Assembly: GCA_965227295.1 (NCBI GenBank)
Contig: OZ245742.1
Coordinates: 1,152,001-1,216,000 of the forward strand
Reading direction: 5' to 3'
Source of the DNA: Leptonemataceae bacterium
GTDB taxonomy: Bacteria > Spirochaetota > Leptospiria > Leptospirales > Leptonemataceae
DNA length: 64,000 nucleotides
A program made the translations under genes and the position numbers. Within the stretch, counting starts at the first letter, position 1. Every line of letters begins with the position of its first letter. The notes beneath the pieces are model-generated. The model was not told where the DNA came from. It worked only from the letters and a program-made list of their open reading frames with translations, and searched no databases. Below, piece by piece: positions 58,286 to 64,000 of this stretch.

Positions 58286-59440
58286 ATGATACCGTCCCCC
58301 ACCGGTTGTCTGTCAACCCGGTACGCCGTCGCCGTACTCGCGCTGCTGCTCCTTTTCACAGCCTGCCGCAGTTCTACCGGCGATGCGAACCGCGGCACCA
58401 ATCCGGATCCCCGGGGCCAGATCGACGAGCGACCCGACGCGGTCCCGAAGACGGAAAAAGATCCTGTGAGCGTCTTGTTTGCCGGGGACACGCATTTCGA
58501 GTGGGGGGTCGCCGATCAACAGCAGAAGGGCGGCCTTATCTCTCCGGTGCGTCAGGTGGCGCCCATCTTTCACCGGGCGGACTATCGTATCCTGAATCTC
58601 GAGACCGCCGTAACGGATAAAGGCAAGCCTTACGTCCTCAAGTCCTACATCTTCAACACGGCGCCGGAGAACTTGCGTCTGTTGGAGTACCTGGGATTGG
58701 ACCTGGCGCTCCTGGGCAATAATCACGCCATGGACATGGGTAGCGAAGGACTCAGTCGCACCGTGCGGTACTTGCGTCGGGCCGGTATCGCTTCCGTCGG
58801 CGCCGGTGACGACTACGATGCGGCGTCGTCGCCGTTTTACTTTGAGCGACGCGGCGTGCGATTTGCCGTCGTATCGTTCAGTGCCATCGGCGAGACGGAC
58901 ATCTTCAGCAGCCGTCGCCGTCCCGGGGTAGCCGGCGTGAATCAGCGCGCAGTACTCAGCCGCGTGCGGGAAGCCCGGCGCGAGGCCGACCACGTCATCG
59001 TCTCATTTCACTGGGGCACCGAATACTACGCCCACGCTTCGGCGAGCCAGCGTTCTCTGGCGCGCAACCTCATCAACGCCGGTGCCACGGCGATCATCGG
59101 TCATCATCCTCACGTTCCGCAGGGAGTGGAAATGTATCGCGGCGGAGTGATTGCGTACTCCATCGGTAACTTTCTTTTCGGAAGCATTAACGAACAACAG
59201 ACGCACAACATGATCGTGCAGTTGGAAGTGAATGCGAAGACGAAAACCTTCGAAGGTTTGCGCATCTTTCCGGTCTGGGGCGTATACCGTGAAGAAGGTA
59301 ACAGAACGCGTCCGCTGAGCACGGCCGAAGCCTCGGACTTCTGGGAAGACTTGTACGTGATGTCGATGGAACTGTCCCCGGCGACGGCAAAGAAGATTCA
59401 ACTGGCCGACGACGGTTCCGGTTACATTGAAGCGAAGTAA
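58286..59440 (+). CDS. CapA-family metallophosphatase lipoprotein
   Basis: Lipobox FTAC; AGD, NLE, GNNHAMD, HWG.E, GHHPH, YSIGNF. Confidence 0.9.
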   Translation: MIPSPTGCLSTRYAVAVLALLLLFTACRSSTGDANRGTNPDPRGQIDERPDAVPKTEKDPVSVLFAGDTHFEWGVADQQQKGGLISPVRQVAPIFHRADYRILNLETAVTDKGKPYVLKSYIFNTAPENLRLLEYLGLDLALLGNNHAMDMGSEGLSRTVRYLRRAGIASVGAGDDYDAASSPFYFERRGVRFAVVSFSAIGETDIFSSRRRPGVAGVNQRAVLSRVREARREADHVIVSFHWGTEYYAHASASQRSLARNLINAGATAIIGHHPHVPQGVEMYRGGVIAYSIGNFLFGSINEQQTHNMIVQLEVNAKTKTFEGLRIFPVWGVYREEGNRTRPLSTAEASDFWEDLYVMSMELSPATAKKIQLADDGSGYIEAK

Positions 59441-59442
59441 GC

Positions 59443-61338
59443 TCAGCGCACCGGATCGATGACGGGGTCCCGGGCATCGGGCAGGTTTTTGTTTTTCTCT
59501 AAGTCGCGATAGTATTCGATGAGCGCTTTGCGTTCTTCGGGTTCCAGGCCGCGCATGCGCTGGATTTTCTGAAAGACGGGACCCCCGGCCTTGTACAGGG
59601 CGAAGACGTAGCGTTTCTTGTCGCTGAGTGTCGCCGCCGGCATGGTTGTCAGCAAGGCCAGGTAGTCGGCCGCCGTGGAGTACTCGCCGTAGCGCATGTG
59701 CACCCGCGCCAGTTCGCGCAGGATACCGGGCTCCCGGGAGGCGGACAGATCTTTGGCCAGGGCCAGCATGGTTTTTTCGTCGCCGCCGTTTTCGGCCGCC
59801 AGCATATAATCGAGCAGAAACTGATGGCCGTCCTGGCCGAACTCCCGCGCCTTGCCGAAGGCGAGCAGGGCGGGACCGCCGCGACCCTGGTCCCGGTGAA
59901 TCAATCCTTGCAGGTAGTAAGCTTCGGATAAGTTTGCCTTAAGCCCCACGGCTCGCTCGGCCAGGGCGAGGGCCGGTCCGGCTTCGTCCATGCGATACGC
60001 GGCGGAGGCCAGGTTGTAGACGTACGTGGGATTGTACGGACTTGCCTCGACGGCTTTGCGGAAGGCCTCGCGGGATTCCGGCAAACGTCCGGCCTCGCTC
60101 AGAATGACGCCCTTTAGATTCCAGGCCCGGGAAAAGTGCGGCTTTTTGTAGACGGCCTTATCCAGCGCGAGGAGTGCCTGGCCCTTTTCGCCGTCCTCGT
60201 ACAGACTCAAGGCGTGGAAGTAATGGTACTCCGGCGAATGTTCCGCGACATCTTTGAGGCGGCGTTCCAATCGCGGGATGCTGTGTCGCACGCGGTACTG
60301 GTACGCCGCGATGAGCTCCGCGGAGAGCTGGCGTACGGCCACGCGAATCTCGGCTTCTTTCAGGCCTTCCTTCGATGGTTCGTAGAACTCGGGTTTGGCC
60401 GGTTTTTTTTCGGACTCGGCCGACTTCTCCGTGGTGCCGGCCTGCTTTGGTTCGGCCTCGTTTCCGGCGTCCTGCGTGTTTTCGTCGTCCGTCGATGGCT
60501 CACCGGATGCAGGCGACGGGGTGCGGCGATCCGCGATGGCGGGCGGGGTGTCCGATTCCCGGGCTGAGAGCGTGTACAGCACGCCGGATCCGAACAGCAG
60601 CAGAACAGCCAGGGTGCCGCCGAGGAACTTACGCCAGGCATCGCGCAGGGAGGCAGGAATCAGGTCGCGATCCATAACGTCGGCATAACTCCGGCGTAAC
60701 CCGGCGTCCAGTGATTCTCCCTGAAGCAATCGCCCCCGGAGCCGTCCGCGCTCGCCCGCGCCGCGCCACACGGGACCCAACTCGGCAAATTCATCGTATG
60801 GCAGATGACTGACCGAACCAGCTCGAACCACGGAATAGCCGATGTAGTAGTGCGTTCCGGATTCGCTCATGCGAATGTGTTCATCCGGTGTTCCATTAAA
60901 CACAAAGCCGGTGGCGGGGTTGTCCGCTTCCAGGGGCCGCAAATACAGAAGTGCGTCCGTGTTCGCCGCGAGGGGGGCGGGCGCGTCGGCCTCGTGGGGC
61001 AGCAAGATGGTATCCGGGTTCATGAGGATGAGCGACTCGTCCGGCGGCAGCTTCGCGTCGGCGACGATCTTGCGGAGGCCGCCGGCCGTGCCCAGGATCT
61101 CCGGTTGTTCGTGGGAGAAAACGATGGGAAAGTGCGGGAAGTCGCGCAGCTCCTCGACGATGGCGTCGCCCAGGTAGTGGACGTTTACGAAGACCCGACT
61201 TACGTTCCAGCGTGAGAGTTGAAAGAGCGTGTAGTGGATGAGCGGGACACCGTTCACCGGAAGCAGTGGTTTCGGACGATCCTTTGTGAGTTCGCCCATG
61301 CGTTTGCCGAAACCGGCGGCGAGAACGAAGGCCTGCAT
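59443..61338 (-). CDS. MurU-like nucleotidyltransferase fused to TM segment and TPR domain
   Basis: LAAGFGKRM..T..PKPL, NVHY, EILGTAGGL; then hydrophobic helix, acidic linker, TPRs. Confidence 0.8.
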   Translation of the reverse strand: MQAFVLAAGFGKRMGELTKDRPKPLLPVNGVPLIHYTLFQLSRWNVSRVFVNVHYLGDAIVEELRDFPHFPIVFSHEQPEILGTAGGLRKIVADAKLPPDESLILMNPDTILLPHEADAPAPLAANTDALLYLRPLEADNPATGFVFNGTPDEHIRMSESGTHYYIGYSVVRAGSVSHLPYDEFAELGPVWRGAGERGRLRGRLLQGESLDAGLRRSYADVMDRDLIPASLRDAWRKFLGGTLAVLLLFGSGVLYTLSARESDTPPAIADRRTPSPASGEPSTDDENTQDAGNEAEPKQAGTTEKSAESEKKPAKPEFYEPSKEGLKEAEIRVAVRQLSAELIAAYQYRVRHSIPRLERRLKDVAEHSPEYHYFHALSLYEDGEKGQALLALDKAVYKKPHFSRAWNLKGVILSEAGRLPESREAFRKAVEASPYNPTYVYNLASAAYRMDEAGPALALAERAVGLKANLSEAYYLQGLIHRDQGRGGPALLAFGKAREFGQDGHQFLLDYMLAAENGGDEKTMLALAKDLSASREPGILRELARVHMRYGEYSTAADYLALLTTMPAATLSDKKRYVFALYKAGGPVFQKIQRMRGLEPEERKALIEYYRDLEKNKNLPDARDPVIDPVR

Positions 61339-61339
61339 A

Positions 61340-62392
61340 TTACGTATGATTGCCGCGTGCAGCACTACCACGCACGGTTTTCAATTGCGGGAGTAAACGC
61401 TGCACGTCCCGGGCAAAGAGATAGACCGAGTCCGGGAAACGTCCGAGCTGGGCGACCTCTTCGATGCGCTGCAATGCTGCTGGAATCGAAGGCGCGTAGA
61501 CCTTGTGATTTTTAACGTAGACCTGGTGCACGTAAGTACCGAGGGCCTTGAGTAATCGTTGCAGGGCCTGAGCGTAGTAGAGCCCCAGGCGCGGTTCCGT
61601 ACCGCTCTGAGAGAAATAATAGTCGAGGAGGTCCCGCCGATCGGCAAGATCGATGGGTGCGTAGGGATCATAGAGCAGCGACGCGAGATCGTAGTACGGC
61701 AACCCCATGCGTGCATCCTGAAAATCGATGATGCTGAGGATCGGGCCGTCGTCTCCGTCGCGGACCAGGACGTTGCGGGAGTGATAGTCTCGATGCGTGA
61801 AGACCGCTTCGCCGCCGGCTTTGCCCAGAGACTGACAGAGACTTCGCGCAAACATTTCCAGTTCGAAAGTTAGCGGCGAAGCCACGCCGGCTGCCTGGCA
61901 GGCGTCCGCCAGGTTCTGGAAGAGAAACTGCATTTCCGCGTAAAGTTTTTCGAAGTCGAAGAGCCGGTCCCGGACCGCCGCCGGCGGTTCGCCGAGTTTA
62001 TGCATGCGGATCATGAGGTCGATAGCGCCGCGGAGCAGGGCGCGTTTCGTTCCCGTCTCGCCCGCATCCACGGCTCGCACCAGGCGGTCGCACAGTTCGT
62101 CCGTGCCGCCGTCGGAGAGCAGCATGCGTCCCTGGTTGCGATCCAGGGCATAGACCCGCGGAACCGGAAGGTCGAACTTGCGCAGGTAGTCGCCGATCTT
62201 GAGAAAGTGATCTTCGTCGTTGTACGGTGTCGTCAGGCCGGCGCAGAGCACCGCTGTATGCGGGCCGCTGCCGGGATTCGCAAAGTGCAGACGAAAGTAG
62301 CGCCGCTGCGAAGCCTCGGGGTGCAGTTCTTCGCTGCTGTGCTCCGGATCGAAGCCGGCCTCTTTCAGGAAATCTTTGAGGTTCTGATACAC
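61340..62392 (-). CDS. amgK: AmgK-like anomeric MurNAc/GlcNAc kinase (APH fold)
   Basis: ASQRRYFR, HRDYHSRN, IDFQDA.MG..YDLASLL, QRLLKALG; adjacent to murU-like gene. Confidence 0.8.
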   Translation of the reverse strand: MYQNLKDFLKEAGFDPEHSSEELHPEASQRRYFRLHFANPGSGPHTAVLCAGLTTPYNDEDHFLKIGDYLRKFDLPVPRVYALDRNQGRMLLSDGGTDELCDRLVRAVDAGETGTKRALLRGAIDLMIRMHKLGEPPAAVRDRLFDFEKLYAEMQFLFQNLADACQAAGVASPLTFELEMFARSLCQSLGKAGGEAVFTHRDYHSRNVLVRDGDDGPILSIIDFQDARMGLPYYDLASLLYDPYAPIDLADRRDLLDYYFSQSGTEPRLGLYYAQALQRLLKALGTYVHQVYVKNHKVYAPSIPAALQRIEEVAQLGRFPDSVYLFARDVQRLLPQLKTVRGSAARGNHT

Positions 62393-62420
62393 CGTCTACG
62401 TCGCTAATATTCTGTGAGGA

Positions 62421-63638
62421 TTACTTAAGATCGTTGACCATGTTGCCCAGGCGTTCCAGACCCTTGCGTAACGAGTTTTCGTCCAGGGCGAAGGAAATAC
62501 GCAGGCCGTGATCGTCTCCGAAGGCCGTGCCCGGCACTGCGGCGACGTCGTAGTGATCCAGCAATTGCGTGCAGAAAACTCGCGAGCGAGAGGTGTCGTC
62601 ACGTTCTTTCATGAGCGCCTGGAAGCGCGGCCATTCGTAGATGGAGCTGATGTCCGGAAACGCATAGAACGCGCCGCGGGGCTTTACGATGCGCACGCCG
62701 TCGATGCTCTGCAACATGCGATACACCAGGTCGCGCCGTTCTTCAAAGGCCGCGCGCATTTCCGCGACGCAGTCCTGGCTGGAGCCCAGGGCCGCCGTGG
62801 CCGCCGCCTGGGAGACGCTGCACGGATTCGACGTGCTCTGTCCCTGGATCTTTTCCATGTTTTTGATGATGTACTCCGGCCCCGCGGCGAAACCGATGCG
62901 CCAGCCGGTCATGCTGTAGGCCTTGCTTACGCCGTTGATGATGAACGTGCGCTCTTTCAGCTCGGGCCGAAGCATGGCGGGGTTGTAGAACTTACGCCCG
63001 TCGTACACGATGTGTTCGTAGATGTCGTCGGTGGCGATGAGAATGTTCGGATGTTCCAGGAGAACGCCGCAGATTTGTTCGAGGTCCGCGCGTTCGAACA
63101 TGGAACCCGTCGGATTGCACGGGCTGTTGAAGACGATCATGCGCGTGCGATCGGTGATCGCGTTACGTAGTTGTTCGGCATGGATGAGATAGTCCGCATC
63201 GAAGCCGGCCGGGAGCAGCTTCGGCTCCGCTCCGGCGAAACGAATCATGTCCGCGTACGAGACCCAGCAGGGGGAGGGTACAATCACTTCGTCGCCGGGA
63301 TTGAGGGTAGCCAGGAAGAGATTGAACAGGATTTGTTTGCCGCCGTTCGAAACGGTGACCTGCTTCGGCTCGTACTCCAGGCCGTTGTCGCGCTGGAATT
63401 TTTCGACGATGGTTTTCTTGAGTTTCGGCGTGCCGCCGACGTTCGTGTACTTCGTCTGACCGCCGGCGATGGCCTCCCGGGCGGCATCTTTGATGTGTTC
63501 GGGCGTGTCGAAATCCGGTTCGCCGGCGCCGAAGCCGATGACGTCCCGGCCGGCGGCCTTGAGTTCCCGGGCGCGGGCGGTGATAACGAGCGTCGGCGAC
63601 GGCTCGATCACGTTCAAACGATGCGCGACGAATGCCAT
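62421..63638 (-). CDS. aspC: Aspartate aminotransferase (class I PLP)
   Basis: GEPDFDTP, NSPCNPTG, DDIY, SKAYSMTGWRIG. Confidence 0.92.
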   Translation of the reverse strand: MAFVAHRLNVIEPSPTLVITARARELKAAGRDVIGFGAGEPDFDTPEHIKDAAREAIAGGQTKYTNVGGTPKLKKTIVEKFQRDNGLEYEPKQVTVSNGGKQILFNLFLATLNPGDEVIVPSPCWVSYADMIRFAGAEPKLLPAGFDADYLIHAEQLRNAITDRTRMIVFNSPCNPTGSMFERADLEQICGVLLEHPNILIATDDIYEHIVYDGRKFYNPAMLRPELKERTFIINGVSKAYSMTGWRIGFAAGPEYIIKNMEKIQGQSTSNPCSVSQAAATAALGSSQDCVAEMRAAFEERRDLVYRMLQSIDGVRIVKPRGAFYAFPDISSIYEWPRFQALMKERDDTSRSRVFCTQLLDHYDVAAVPGTAFGDDHGLRISFALDENSLRKGLERLGNMVNDLK

Positions 63639-63727
63639 TTACTGGAAGACAGGGTTCCCGGGCCGGGCCGTCCTGGGTAGAAAAAAATCCGACTCAGCGT
63701 GCAAGAAGCATCGCACAATTTTAAGTT

Positions 63728-64000
63728 ATGCATATCGTTCTCTACCGACCTGAAATCCCGCAGAACACCGGCAACATCGGTCGGCTGTGCTTTTGTACGA
63801 ACAGTAAGTTGCACATCGTAGGTGAACCGTCGTTTTCCATGGACGAGTCTGCCGTGCGTCGTGCCGGTCTGGACTACTGGCGGCAGTTGGATTTGACACT
63901 CCATGCCGACTGGGCCGCGTTTCTGGAATATGCCGCCGCGCAGAATTTAAGGATCTTTCTGTACACGCGGTTCGCGCGGAATGTATACAGTGACGTGAGT
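63728..64000 (+). CDS. trmL: tRNA (cytidine/uridine-2'-O)-methyltransferase TrmL, partial (not in ORF track)
   Basis: Own translation: MHIVLYRPEIPQNTGNIGRLC...VRRAGLDYW. Confidence 0.92.
   Translation, partial: MHIVLYRPEIPQNTGNIGRLCFCTNSKLHIVGEPSFSMDESAVRRAGLDYWRQLDLTLHADWAAFLEYAAAQNLRIFLYTRFARNVYSDVS

Noticed and set aside
1-64000. CRISPR arrays, IS elements, prophage, rRNA; CTAG scarcity
   Set aside because: No repeat-spacer periodicity or mobile genes seen; CTAG under-representation is common in bacteria

Overview
A GC-rich (~60% by eye) bacterial chromosome segment that spans the replication origin. Gene content suggests a Leptospiraceae-like spirochaete (inference from LA_0442/LA_0875-type, TPR-Mrr and split CoaC/CoaB proteins). 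The core block is mnmE-jag-yidC-yidD-rnpA-rpmH <> dnaA-[oriC]-dnaN-recF-dciA, with parAB about 33 kb to the left, plus pntAB, lpxD, two tRNA-Ser, mutL, coaC/coaB, amgK-murU, an aspartate aminotransferase and trmL. I saw no transposase, integrase, prophage or CRISPR array. Most unusual: (1) a single polypeptide [2Fe-2S] ferredoxin / class III adenylate cyclase / ferredoxin-reductase, set among redox genes; (2) a divergent YfaT(MagC)/YfaA(MagB)-like pair with no alpha-2-macroglobulin in the window, near a papain-fold lipoprotein lacking both catalytic residues; (3) GTAC clustering at the likely oriC unwinding element, with an orphan beta-class methyltransferase in the window; (4) a MurU-TM-TPR fusion; (5) a MoeB-rhodanese lacking its ATP-binding core, behind pntB; (6) small repeated or structured non-coding elements. 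All calls come from motif recognition by eye; no searches were run.
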